NCBI RefSeq assembly: GCF_006345805.1
Contig: NC_042998.1
Location: forward strand, 128,774,001 to 128,838,000
DNA: 64,000 bases
Reading direction: 5' to 3'
From: Octopus sinensis
Lineage: Eukaryota
Under the pieces are notes generated by a model. It ran no database searches and was not told where the DNA came from. It saw only the letters and a program-made list of their open reading frames with translations. The position numbers and the translations under genes were made by a program. Shown piece by piece: positions 38,701 to 52,408 of this stretch (its first letter is position 1; the number at the start of each line of letters is the position of its first letter).

Positions 38701-40154
38701 AAAAAAAGGTAAATAGTAGTGAATAAATTGGGTATCCTTGCGAAATGTATATCGATATTTTAATTTCCCTACCCCCACCCCAATCAGATTGTACTACCAT
38801 TCATACGTAACAAATGAAAGAGAATAGTTTCACATACGCAATCTGCAAGCGAATGAACGACAATGGATATAAAACATGGCATTGCCGAATAAATAATAGA
38901 CCAGGCCTTTTGTCTGTTAGGTTGTGTGCACATTCTCGTGCTGACGACATACTGTACTGTTACCATTGTTCAAATAATAACAAAGGATACATTGAAATAC
39001 ACATTATACATTATAAGCTATTGTTGTCGTTGCGTAACCCCAAGTCAATGAAGGTAGTTATGATAAAAGGTATTTCAACCGTGACCATCTCGCCTTTTTT
39101 GTTTAGGCATAAACCTAGAGTATTCTGGACTACATTATTTAAATGCCTTCAAAAAAAAATAAATAAATAAAAAAAAGCAGAATGTGATATGAGGAAAATT
39201 TGGCTGTTATTTCTAGCAGCTCGCAATACTCAATGTACTTTTAGCAAATCACTTCCTCCAATTACTACATCACCTACAAAGGAAAATGGAAACGGAATGG
39301 CTCGCAGACTACATAGCTATTTTAAGAGAAATAAACATTCAAGCAATCATAATTAGATAGAAAACGTCCAAAAATAAACAAAATTATAAGCTTTACTTGT
39401 TACCTTTATATGTTATACCACCCATTGTATTTAAACAGTTATGGTTAGTTTTGGACAAATTATTTTTCTTTAATTATAATTCCAGTCACATTTAAGATGC
39501 ACTGTAAGAATCGGCACCTGTACTAGCCTTAGAATATATTACTTTAACGATGCCGGAAGGATGAAAATGCAAAGTTGACCTCGGAAGGATTTGAACTCAA
39601 AACGTAAAGGGAAGTAACTAAACATTCAACGCACGTTTGTTAGACGGTTCCACGATTCTCCTAATCCACCCATATAATCCTTTCTACAATAGGCACAAGG
39701 CCTGAAATTTCGGTGAGGGAAATAACCGGCCTTACTTAATTTATCAACCCCCGAAAGGATGAACGGCAAATTTGAACTTACAACGTTGCGACAGGCGAAA
39801 TACCGCTAAACATTTCGTCCAGCGTGCTAACGATTCTGCCAGCTCGCCGCCTTAATCCACCTATATAATCATGATAAGTCTCATGTATGTCAGAGAAAGA
39901 TAGAACCTGGAGTTATAAAAGGTTTCCTAGCAACCCTCAACTTTACAACCCAAGGTGGTGAATTGTTTTCTTCTTTTTTTTTTTTCCTTTTTTCTCTTTC
40001 TTCTTTCTCTCTTTTTTAGTCTTTTTAATTTTTTCAATTGTGTTCTATGTTTTGTCTAGTTTTCTAGTTTGATTTTGTAAAACGGTAAACACTGCGAAGG
40101 CAATAAAAAAATTTAATTTAAAATAAGAGGAATACACAGTTGTAAATAAAATGT

Positions 40155-40584
40155 GGCATAGTTTCGGTTGTAGTTTCGGTTGTAGTAGCACAGATTTCCG
40201 TCGATTTCCGTAAAAAACTTTTATTTTTTTACATAAGTAATGAGAGCGAAAGAGACTAAGAGGAAGCGATTTTACGACGAGAAGGTTTCACTTTGAAATC
40301 GGCCTGTGTGCGTTTGATGGGGTGTGGGAGACAGACAGTATGTTGTGTAAGTGAAGTGCTTCTGTTAGTGTGTGCGAAGAGACAGAGAGAGTAATGTGTG
40401 AAAGAGAGAGATAACTGATTTTTTACTCGGTGTATGTGTATATGTATGTATGCATGTATGTGTGTGTGTGTGTATGTATCTATGTATGTGTGTGTGTTTA
40501 TGTATGTATGTATGTATGTATGGCCGATTCATCGTAATTTTTTACTCGGTGTATGTCTGCATGTATGTGTGTGTGTGTAAGTAC

Positions 40585-40616
<32 letters not shown>

Positions 40617-41446
40617 ATGTATGGCCGATTCAGTGTTTACATTATTTCGAATTAAAACGAAAGATTACCTTGCGGCGCCTGTTTATGTAACAGTCTGCTA
40701 TGTAGAAAATAATGAGGTTGACTCAATGGAATAATGACAGTGATCGAAGATATAGACAAAATTTTTTTTATTTAATCGTTATACATGCCTTGTCGACTGC
40801 TACTGTGCAGCCTTAATGTCTCTGTTGATGTGACGATGGTGAAATGGTAAGAAAAAGATGGGAGAGTTATAAAATGAGGAGATATTCTTCTCATGAGAAA
40901 AGAGTTGCATTCAAAGGAAAAAAAAAGTTAATAGTCTATAGAGGTGCACAGAAACTGGGTGCAAGCATGCATATATATGCATGTGTAAACATTGTGTTGT
41001 GCAGCAAAAGGAACGAACAGTACAAAATGTGTAAGGAAAAGTGACAAAATCCGATTGGTAATGTTCTGTGTGAAAAGTCTATGCCGGCCATACATACATA
41101 CATACATACATAAACACACACACATACATAGATACATACACACACACACACACATACATGCATACATACATATACACATACACCGAGTAAAAAATCAGTT
41201 ATCTCTCTCTTTCACACATTACTCTCTCTGTCTCTTCGCACACACTAACAGAAGCACTTCACTTACACAACATACTGTCTGTCTCCCACACCCCATCAAA
41301 CGCACACAGGCCGATTTCAAAGTGAAACCTTCTCGTCGTAAAATCGCTTCCTCTTAGTCTCTTTCGCTCTCATTACTTATGTAAAAAAATAAAAGTTTTT
41401 TACGGAAATCGACGGAAATCTGATCTACGACATACGAAACATCGCC
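40155..41446. mobile_element. Non-coding fold-back element with long terminal inverted repeats and 18-bp flanking direct repeat
   Basis: 40191-40526 is the reverse complement of 41085-41422 (one CA unit differs); imperfect GGC...GCC tips; cagttgtaaataaaatgt at 40137-40154 and 41447-41464. Confidence 0.75.
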
Positions 41447-44400
41447 CAGTTGTAAATAAAATGTTACTGTTGTTTAACCCCAGATTAACCCTCGAGCAGA
41501 CCTTTGATTAAAGTCATTCCAGTTGCGACTATCCCATCAATTTGGTAATCAGGGATTGGTATATCAGTCTCAGGTATATCAATGCTACATTAATCCCAGA
41601 TCTTTCATTTAACAATGATTCAAAATAAACAAATGTTTTCCGATATACCGATAGCTTTCTGTATTCTCACACATCGATTAAAGCCGAAGTAAAGAAGAAA
41701 AAAAACAGGTGGCAGAACTACAGAATCATGCCCCTCCCTCAGACTTTGGATGATCATAACTTTCAGAAAAATGGATATTTTTTAATGAAATTTTCTACGA
41801 ATATGTGTTATATCATGTTGATTCCGAATATACAAAACTTTTGGGGAAAAGTGTTTTAGGAGGGGGTGGAGTGGGGGAATTTCGGAAAATTCACCGGCGT
41901 CCACTTCAATTCGTCTTAACTTTCAAGAAAATTGATATTTTTAAATGAAATTTTCTACAAATATATCTCGGACTATGTAGATTCCGGGAACATAGGAATT
42001 TGGGGGGAAAACAATTGGGGGTTACTTTTGAGGACCGTTCCCCATTTGTTTCATTTTCTCCGTTTTGTGCATCTGTAGATTTCTAGTCCTCTCTCTCTCT
42101 CACACACACACACACATATATAAATATGTGTAATTAAAAACGTTCAAACGGGGAATTATTCTATTCAATGTCTTTCTGTTAGAAACGTTTAGACCTTTAG
42201 CTGGTATTTTTTAGCATAACGAGTTTTCTGGTGACAGCTTCACTGCCCGCGGCTTCAATAGAAATCTACGGACGCACATTTTTCTATAAACACAACGTAT
42301 TAGCGTGTTTGTGTAAAATATCAGGTAGCTACGCATGCATATAAAAGATGTGTGTAGAATCACGAAATATCTCTTCATGCGTGTGCTAACGACAGATTTT
42401 CACGAATGAATCCGTGATAACCACATGCACACATTTCCTAAGTAAGCGCAAGCGATTATATATGATGTATGAAACTGCACGACGAAGTAATTTTTAATTC
42501 ATGGACATAACGTGTATGAAGCGAAACGACTGCATGTTTGATACTTATTTATATACAATCTACATCTCTATTTATACATTTTCCCATAGTACTTTCAGTA
42601 TCATTCTATACTTGTTTCTCATAGGAGGTGGTCTTGTGAGGATTGAAGAGAGAGCGGATAACTTGCCATATTTAACGTAAAATAGCTTAAAACATTTTGT
42701 GTGTTTGGGAGGTGATTTTAATATATTTAATTATATAACACGTATGTGTATGATGCATATATAATACAAAACCACATTAAAATACAAATCTAAAACCGAA
42801 GAAAACACAAGCATGGGTGAAGAAAGAAAAATTATAAATTTAACCAACACTAAGTGCCTCAGTTGGTCGCACACCATAAGTTTTAACGGAACCTACTGAA
42901 GCAAGTCAACACGCGACAACAACGGGATAAGGCGTTGGAACAGCTAAGCACCTTCACAGGTATACCTGAGACATCGATAAACGTTGTAAACGGCCCGACC
43001 CTTCACTAAGAGAGTAGATGGCAAAATTTTCACCTTTGGGAGGCAGGATATTCTCAGTTTGAGAATCGCTGATCTATATACCATATTTTGGAGAGTTTTA
43101 CTTTCGATTTCGTATTAAATGACCTGGCATTTGTCACAAATGCTGTATTAGTAGGCAGGGAAAGTTTGTTTTTCTTTCCCTTTTTATAGTAATTTCAACT
43201 GCTGATATCCGTTTAAATCAGAATAAAAAAAACAAAGAGAGATAAATGAAATGATATCTATATGTAGATGATCAAAATATTGATTTCGAAAGTATAATTT
43301 ACCTTCATGTCCAGTGTTATATTTATAGATCCACATATACATTTATAGATACATATAAATTTTAAGGAGAAGGTTGAAGAATATTTATCTTAAGGAAATA
43401 AACAAAATTGATGTGTATTGTAGGTAGGATGAAAATCAGTAAAAAAAATGAAAACAAAACCAAAGAATTTAGTGAAAAATTGAAAACACATACACTTGTG
43501 TAAACTCACCATGGTTGTCTTTCTTTATAACAATCTTTTGTATGGAAGATAGTAAACTAATGTATCCAGATTCTCCCAGCTCATGATGTTGTGCTAATGT
43601 GGTAATAGACTAATCTTTGCTAATAGTTGTTGGTGTTTAGCCCTAAAACAAGCCAAAATGGTTGAGTGTAGCTTGAGAGAAATTTGGCTGCTATTTCTAG
43701 CAGGCTGGTCGACAACGAAGAGCAGTTGTTGGCAATATTTTTTGAGAAGCGAGCCGCACTACTAAAACATTTCGGTGGACATCCGCGATAGGGGAAGATG
43801 AAGTGGGGGGATTAATAAAAACATTTTCTGAAAAAAAAAAAAATGTTCTTTTTCTTAAAAAGATGTTTCTGATTATTTCCAAATGCACCGTGAAAAAATC
43901 TCCGTCAAAGCGGAGAAATTCCAACTTATGTAGGCTACCTATCTCTGACGTCCGCCAAAATTTCGAGGTAATTTTTCGTTCGGCGCGCCGTTCGTTAAGT
44001 CCCACGGGCTCCAGTTTGCCCATGCCTAACGTCGAGGCTACTCCACAAAACCAAAACTAATTAACTTCAGTTAGCGCTGACTTATTATGGCAAAGTATTT
44101 GTAGACTAGCTAAAGTTGCTTTCTCATAACTTTTCTTAATAATCCATATTTTTAAAATGAAATTTCAGAGGTACTTTTTCGATTACGTTTGTTTAAAAGA
44201 AATTATTCAGAAAGAAAAGAAGCCCATACCTTTTATAACAATTTAGTAACTTGCTCACTATTATAGTACAACACAATAATGGTAAGGTAAGAGGACGGGG
44301 CACATTGCGGCATATCGTCTCTACAATCCGCAGGAATTGCTGAATGGTATCCTTCCGAAAAATTACCTTGAACATTTTTATAGTGGTGCGGCTCGCCTGA

Positions 44401-47400
44401 TGATGAGTTATGTCTCAGGCTTCTCGAAAAAGGTTGCCCATGCCTGATCATTATGTGATAAATGCAAAATTTTATGCGTCTGTCCGTGTGGTTTCCTGAC
44501 TCATAGACTTAGTCCCCACTCTCTACAAAGGGAACATATTTGGAATCAGGGCAATCCTGGGAATGTTTCAGTGTCACTTATCCACCTGCCTGTAAGGTAA
44601 ATTCGGACCACCCTATCACACCTTTTGTTCTTGCGACCAACAAAATGCGAAGAAGTGCAACAATGGAATTAGAAGTATCGAGGGCAAACAAGCTAGATAT
44701 TGGCTAGAAAGTTATAACCCATTTGGAAACTGGACGACAAGTCGTGAGAATAGTTAACATTTTTTTTACATTTACTTAGGTAGTAATTGGCTTGGAGTAA
44801 AATGCCTCTTAGAATAAATTTTGTTCTTGGTCAAATCTTTTCCTTCCAGACCAAAATCACGGATCATCAAATGATAGTCAGCTTCCTCACATTTAATGTA
44901 TTTCTGAAGAAGAAAGTTCTTTTATATCACGAGTCAACCTTTTATTTATTTATTTCAAAAATAAAATTAGAATTCGGGAACGGAAAAAAAATTGTATTAA
45001 ATTCCACTGAAATGATGTTAAAAATCAAGAAAGAAAGGTGGCAAAAAGACCTGGAGTGATGACAGAAGATATCAGCGGAGCGAGGATGCAAAAACCGAGA
45101 AAATGAAAACTTGGGCTCCCGTAAAAAGGTTACGAAAGATACAGTGGAGTTTTGGACTGGAGAAATCACTAAAAATCAGTTGTACTAAAGCTAGGAAAGT
45201 TGTGGTGAAGTTTTGACTCGAAAATTTTTGCATGATGAATTATATTTATACAAATAAAGAATTAATCATGTTATCTCATATCTTCTGTTTTTCATTTGTT
45301 GCTTAATTTTACGTTCTTCTTTAAGTCGAAAGCTCAACAGCCCTCTGGAGGAGCAGTCAAAAACACTTTCGTTCTCCACTGAAGCAAGCAAAATGTTGAC
45401 TTCAATTTTTTCTTCATCGCGCCTACCAATTTTATGTTGATCATAAATAATATTGTTAGAAATAATGTCAATTTTTTTTTAATGTGGTGTAATGATCATG
45501 AACAAATTATTGATTCGTTTAAAAAACTATGGCCGTTACTTTCTAATAAATAAGTATGAGGTTTATAAATTGAAAAAATCATTTCATTAACATTATCGAA
45601 ACGATAATAGATATAATAAAGAAAGTTACGTAGAATCAAAACCCGTTAGGGGCACTAAATTGTAATTATACTATATATATATATATATATGTGTGTGTCT
45701 TTTAACGCTCAATTGTTTCCAATGATAAAAAGGAAAGGATCTTTGAAAATTACAATTTTTATTAACAAAGCTTTTGATCATAAATTTAATGAATAACCTC
45801 GGCTAATTGAAGTTTTTCAGCTCACAATATTACTTATGAGACCCTTGATATTAGCACTTATTTGTCCCCTGGATTGGAAAACTTCGTAGGAAGGGGAACA
45901 ACTCTGTATGACTTATCCTGAAGTAAACGTTGGTTTCAAATTTTGGCAATTTTGGGACAAGGATAAGTCAATTACATCGCCTCCAGTGTTCAACAGTTAC
46001 TTCCGAAAGGATGAAAAGCAACGCATTTTATCCGGCGTGCAAACGATTACAAAAGCAGAATATATTATTGTTATTAAGCAGTTTATAATAAAGGCAGTGC
46101 GTTTTATTGTTTCACATATAACCACGGAAAGGTTTTATCTTTATCCTGTAATTGTTGCAGTCATTGGACTGTGGTTATGCTGGAGCACCGGGGTCAAATA
46201 GATTGACCCCAGTACTTATCTCTTTAAGTCTGGGACTTATTCGATTTGTCACCTTTGCCTAACTGCGCTTCGTTACGGAGAGGTAAACAAACCAACACAG
46301 GTTATCAAGCGATGGTAGGGGATATTGCAGGCATACATATATAGGTACATACGAGCTTTGTTCATTTCCTGCCTACCAAATTCATTCGCCCGTTGGCACG
46401 AGGCAATAATAGAAGACACTTACCCAAGGTGCCACGCAGTGGGACTGAACTCGAAACACCATGGCTGCAAAGTAAGCTTCTTAACCACACAGCCACAGGT
46501 TTATAGAATTCTATCTTATTGTGAAAATTACAACACAAAACCAGTGTGTTGTTATAATCACAAAATGATTTATATTAGAATTCTAAGAACAGTATTGATA
46601 GTAGGTGGTATTATTCTTGGATATCCTATCATCCGTGATTAAATTTGATTGATACATTCTAATGTAGAGAAACATTTAAAGATTGTAAAGAGAAAAAAGG
46701 ATATGAATGTCTCATTTCATTCATATACCATAAATAATACTTAAAGTGATTAAATTGTATTTTACGCCATTTATTAATTGTACACAACGATATCACAACT
46801 TATATAATTCTTGCTAAATTTGACTCAACGTTATCAAGTTTATGGAAAAGCACGAAGTCGATTACATCGACCACAGTACTTGATTGGTACTTTATTTTAT
46901 CGACCTTGAAAGGACGAAAGGCAAAGTCGGTGTTGGCGGGATTTGAACTCAGAATGTAAAGAACCGTAAGAAATGTCGCTTACGAGGAGGTGCTGAAAAG
47001 TACCTGTTGCGAAAGGTCTGGCTGGAGGTCCAACCTTCCGAGTTCTTTCACGGGGCTTAGAAAAACTGAAGGACCGCTGCAATAAGTGTGAGTTTGAGAG
47101 GGCAATATGTTCAATAAAATCATAATCAACAAATTCTCCTGCATTTTCTTTTATCCAAAGCTATAAGAATTTTCAGCAACCGCTCGTAAGAATTTTGTCT
47201 GGCGTGTTAATGATTCTGCTCGTAGACTTACAACACAATTTATAAAATGGCATTATAGACATGTTTAAAAAATATCACATTTTATAAAATGCCTTGAGTA
47301 AAGCAACGAAGCAAAAGATAAATACAATATGAAAGCAGTCATTTATTAAAATTTTCTTGTAGTATATTTTCCTGTCACTTTCCCCGTGGGTTATTGGGAA

Positions 47401-47676
47401 TACATACTACTGGCACCCCGTCGGAAGTTGAGCACTGAAGCGGGTGTTGATTTAATCCCTCCAACGAAAATGCTGGTCATTTGCCAGAATTAGAAATTAT
47501 ATAAAAGACTATCGATATAAAAATTTCCTGTAATTCGGGATGGGTTGAAATTGCAAAATAAATAAATAAACTTCATTGAATTGTTTCCCTTTTCAATAAA
47601 TTTTCAGCATTGCGCAGGTGAAGCTGCGCCTAGCAAAGATACGCACATAAATGTAACATGTAAAATATGATATATA

Positions 47677-48215
47677 CTAGCTGAATTACCCGGTAATACC
47701 CGGAAAAACTGGGGTTATTTCCAGTTCCCGTTCCCATTACACTGTTTCATATCCTAACCCGTTCCCTGTTCAGATCCCGTTTTAGTTCCACTTCCATTCT
47801 TATCCCCAATCCTATGTCAATATATAAATTTTAGAATCAGGTGTAATTAAGCTATCAAGTATTTTAATTAACTTTTATGGTAATAATTTTTTGCTAAAAA
47901 TTGGTATTATAAATTATTAATACGATTAGTGGGTGAATAAGAAATGTCCCTATATTATTTTAACAAATGAATAAGCATCTGAGTAAAATAAATGAGTTGG
48001 CCGGTAATACAGGAAAAGCGGGGATTATTCTCAATTCCTGTTTACCATTACACTGTTCCATGTCCTATCCCCGTTTCCTGTTCCGTTCCCGTCTTTATGT
48101 CCAACCTTTCGTTTATTGTAACAGTTTATTACTAAAAATAGGTATTACTATCAATTCGATTAGTGGGTGAATAAAGAATGTCTCTATTATTTTAACAAAC
48201 GAATATGCATGTGAG
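47677..48215 (-). mobile_element. Helitron-like non-autonomous element with an internal ~300-bp duplication
   Basis: Minus 3' end is ccgggtattaccggg hairpin plus CTAG at 47680-47677; 47690-47970 resembles 47995-48215. Confidence 0.55.
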
Positions 48216-48319
48216 TAAAATAAATTAGATAAATAGAATGATTTACAAATACATTGACAAAACGTGCGCGTATTGTAGCGTTGTTGCGTGTCGTAGCTTA
48301 TCTTAACGTGGCCTTATCT

Positions 48320-51300
48320 CGCATTGGTGGTTCGAATCCGATGAGCACCTATGGTATTCTTGAGCTTGTGGAAGAGTTGCGATTCAAACTGTTTTCTACG
48401 GTCGGTAGAGACTCCGTACCGTGATATCCATCGTACTAGAAAAGCTTTGGCAACAGATTTTGTAACGGGAATAGGTTGCTTCTTGCACTTTTAGGGTGCA
48501 ACTGGTGCATTCTCTATTTCCGTTGCTTAAATTTCCAGATTCTACCAGTCAAAGAACACAAAACGCGGCAGTAAAAATATATACTCTTTATTGTTCTTAT
48601 AACAGTAAGAAATAAGTGGTATATTTGGTTCCGCTTGGTATGGATGTGTCAGAGCTGAAACTTTATCGCTTGTAAGAATCTCACAAGTGCAACAGCAAAA
48701 CTGAGCTGGTCAAAAATGGCGTCCTTAGGGAGCGAAGAAAATGTGGTCTGCAACAATGTCTGGTGGAAAGCCTTCTATCCGACTGCTACGTGTCTTAGTT
48801 GACCACACGTATGAAAATACGTGCTTTCCCTTCGGACGCTGTGCCTCAAGTCGTTCTGCTCACTGCTGCTATGCGTCTCCCTGTACCCTTTCTGGTCAAG
48901 GTTTTACGCTCCCTTGCCTATCAGCTAAATGCCACATCATCTTTCCCTTCTTCCGGTCTTCGCGCATGCGCGAGAGGGCGTTGCGCGCGCGCGCTGTTGG
49001 AATAGCGTCACTACATACTAATGGACGATGTGTACATGGTTGAAATGCACATCTGGTGTGTTGAACATGCAAAGGGGTGCACGGATTTACCTATGCACCT
49101 TTGACCTCTGGCAGAAAAGGCAGAAGTGTGACCAAGCAGTGATGTCTCGTCTCATATTTGGCCAAAAGAATCTAGTCAAAATGAGTTTCACTGTGGCAGT
49201 GACACTAGTGAGTGACAGGTTATGCAGTATGCTGAAGACTGTTTGTCTGTGGGTCTCCGGAACAAAAGGATGAGGAGAATTCATAGCAGTACCGTACAAA
49301 ATCTGTGCGTCAGCTGTGTGTACTGGAAAGTACTTGAAGTTGCATATGGCAAAAGTGGGTGAGGATATATCAATTGTCTCTAAGCGAGGTTGATCTTCAG
49401 CTAGGAGATGCAGGTCGATGTCGGTGGATGACGACAGCGAATTCAGTGGTAGGCACGATAAGGCGTCTGCTGCAGTGTTATCTACACCAGACGTATGGCG
49501 GATGTCAGCGGTAAATTGGGAAATAAAATCCAAGTGCCTAGTTTCCCACGGAGAGTACTTGTCAGGCATCGACCGCAGGACAAAGGTGAGTAGACGGTGG
49601 TCCGTAGAAATCGTGAATTGGCGTCCTTCGAGTGTGTGCAGGTAATGTTTGACTGCTAAACATATAGCTAACAGCTCCCGTCCGAAAGTGCTGTAGCGAG
49701 ATTCAGCTAGTTTAAGCTGTCTAGAGAAAAAGGCAATTGATGCAAAACACCGCGCCTAAGGCAGTGTTGGATACATCCACTACAAGGGATAGTTGAGCGT
49801 CCGCGACAGGGTGGGCAAGAAGCGATGCCTGAGCGAGTTGCTGCTTTACTGTGTTGAAGGAGTCAAGTTGGGTGGAGTCCAACGCAATCGGCTCATTCCT
49901 CTTTTCCTTATTTCGAAGGGGCGTGTTTAGCCTATATAGAATTTCAGGTGAAGGAGGAACAAAGTGCCGATAGAAGTTGAATACTCCCAAGAAATATCGG
50001 AACTGATGTAACGAGGTGGATGGAGGTAAGTCCTGCAATGCCTTCACCTTGTCAGGCAGTGGCGATATGTTTTCGGGGCTGATGACGTGACCTAGGAAGG
50101 TCAAAGAAGATGCGCCAAAGACACATTTGGTAGTGTTGATCCGCACTTGGTAAGTCTTGAACCGCTTGAACAGCTGACGTACATGATAGGGATGTTCCTC
50201 GGGTGAGGCGCTGGCTATCAAGATGTCGTCGATGTACGCATAGACGAAGCCTAAGTCTCGGATGACTTTGTCTATGAACCTTTGAAATGTGCTGGTTGAA
50301 TTCCGTAAACCAAATGGCATAGTAAGGAATTCGAAGGCGCCAAAAGGAGTGGTTACGGCAGTCTTTGGATTCACAAGAATCTGATGGTATGCTTTAACCA
50401 AGTCCAGTTTGGTAAATACTCTGAAGTTGTGGAGAGATGATGCAAAATCCTGAATGTGGGGTATTGGGTACGTACTTGTCTGGTACCGTGATGGAGTTTA
50501 ATTTTCTGTGTCACCTGTGGGCCGCCAGTCTCCGGAACGCTTTGGAATCATGTGCAAGGGCAACGCCCAGGGGCTATTAGAGGGGCGGATGATGTCCAAC
50601 TGGAGAATGTGGTTAAATTCTGCCTTTAGCCTCTCCCGGGAGAGTCGACGAGGGCGAGAAAAGACCGGAGCATCTTTAGTTTCGATGAAATGGGTGGTAG
50701 TGTGCGTTGGAGCAGCAGTAAAACAATTTAGGTTAGTCAGCTCCGGATATGAGTTTAAGAGTGCATGGTGTGGGTCGTCTGTGGCAGCAATGAAAAAGAC
50801 TGGACTAACTGCAGGGGTTAGTGGCCTTTTACTTGAGATAGAAAGTTCTGTGGTCGCGTCCCATAAGTGCCGAGTGCGTATGTCCACAAGGAGGTGGAAG
50901 AGGTGCAAAACGTCTGTACCTAATATTGGGTAAGCGAAATCTGTGACTGTAAAAATCCACTTGCAATCACGTCGCAGATATCTGGCCGAAAGTTAGAATC
51001 GGTGAATGGTTCACCGCCTGTAGAGTCACTGGTGATAACAGCGGTTTATCTGCGAGGGGTTTTAACGGCCAGATACTGCAAGCAGCACCTGTATCTACGA
51101 GACAGCGGGCGTGGGATACCCGGGTGTTATGAAAAATGCACGGTTGGTTGCTAGTTGCTGCAGAGAATGTGCCGTGCTCAATTCTCTGGTTTGTCGTTTT
51201 CCTGTCGAGAAAAAGCACAAGGTTAGGTACATTTACGTGCTTGAGCTCCAAACTTGGCATGGTACCAGCATATGGATGAATGAGCAGACGACAAGCGACG

Positions 51301-51930
51301 GCGAGGCGAGAAGGAGCAATCGAAAGAGCGCTGTTTGGGTGAACGTGACCTGGAAATGCGAAGGAGCTGCACTTCTCTCGTTAATTCCGCTATCGCCTTT
51401 AGGATAGCAGCCAAGGCAAAGTCCTTATCAGTCGAAACTGATGCTACTGGTGGGTGTGCAGAGGTATCCGGTGGTACTGGGGTAGGCTTGGTGGTGTTGC
51501 CGGTATACTCTATGATTCTGTCGGCGATGGAGGCTATTTGCTCAACGGGAGTCGTCTCCACCATAGAGGCTAAGGTGGCTTGGACGTTAGAGGGTAACCG
51601 GAAAAAAATAGTTGTTGCAATAAAGCACTATTAGCGAATGTTTTGCGGTCTTCCAAGTGCTCGTCATCGACGAGGATTCGAAAATTTCATTCTTCCGATA
51701 AGGACGTGCGTCGAAGAATCTGTTTAATGCTCCTATATGTGGCATCATGTGGGGGTTCAGTTATTAGGTCCCTCATGGTGGCTGTCAGGGACGGTGGTAT
51801 TGCACCAAATAATACATGGAGCTGTTAGGTTTTGGAGGCAATACTGTTCGCGGCAAACGTCGATTCGATCTATGCGAACCACACTTTCACATATCTCGTG
51901 AAACAAAGTAAGGAACTGTTATTCATGGTG
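48320..51930 (-). mobile_element. Degenerate Ty3/Gypsy LTR retrotransposon internal region (gag-PR-RT-RNaseH-IN)
   Basis: gag VWFA*IESTFAAN (about 51.9-51.2 kb); protease CLVDTGAACS (50967-51260); RT FLTMPFGLRN...YAYIDDILIAS (49721-50401); RNaseH/H2C2 HTSGVDNTAADALS...FFWPNM...CQRSK (49087-49569); integrase core SVAKAFLVRWISRYGV..TDRRKQFES (48460-48320). Many stops and frameshifts. Confidence 0.95.
48461..49015 (-). mobile_element. Probable solo LTR (555 bp) sitting inside the Gypsy integrase
   Basis: Minus strand begins TGTAGTG and ends CCCGTTACA (TGTA..TACA), with an internal AATAAA. Integrase sequence lies on both sides; no TSD seen. Confidence 0.6.
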
Positions 51931-52356
51931 AGATGTGGAACTGAAAGATGTCAATTACTGGGGAAAAGTTCATAAGATGGCGTACGATCGTGCTGTTAGA
52001 TGTAACAAATAGCTCAGACAGCTGTGTTATGTCTACGTGGGGTATTCAAAATGTAGCTTGAAGCTTGAGAAATGGCGTCAAAGTTTGTGAAGAAAGACAA
52101 AATGGCGATGAGCTGCAAAGTGTATCAATTCACATGTGCAAAAGAAAAAAAGAACATTTGACTATTCCCCTCCCCCCATTTTTTTAGACCGACTCAGCTA
52201 CAAGAACAAAAGTGAATTATTTTGCGGGTGTCGACATCCTAGCAACATATTGTTCGTATATGAAAATGTGTTAGTGTAAGTGAATATGTAAATGACTTTG
52301 GTGTGTGTTTCCTTAGTAACACGCATTTTTCTTTGAACAAGGCGTCTGACGATCAC

Positions 52357-52404
<48 letters not shown>

Positions 52405-52408
52405 TATA

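Noticed and set aside
38400-47000. GTF2H5 head-to-head with SERAC1, as in vertebrates
   Set aside because: No plus-strand sequence resembling MVNVxKGVL.ECDP or KKFII.DLD was found by eye; no other plus-strand coding exon is supported.
52190-52350. 5' LTR of the Gypsy element
   Set aside because: It has a TATAGTGA start and a purine tract but no similarity to 48461-49015 and no clear PBS.
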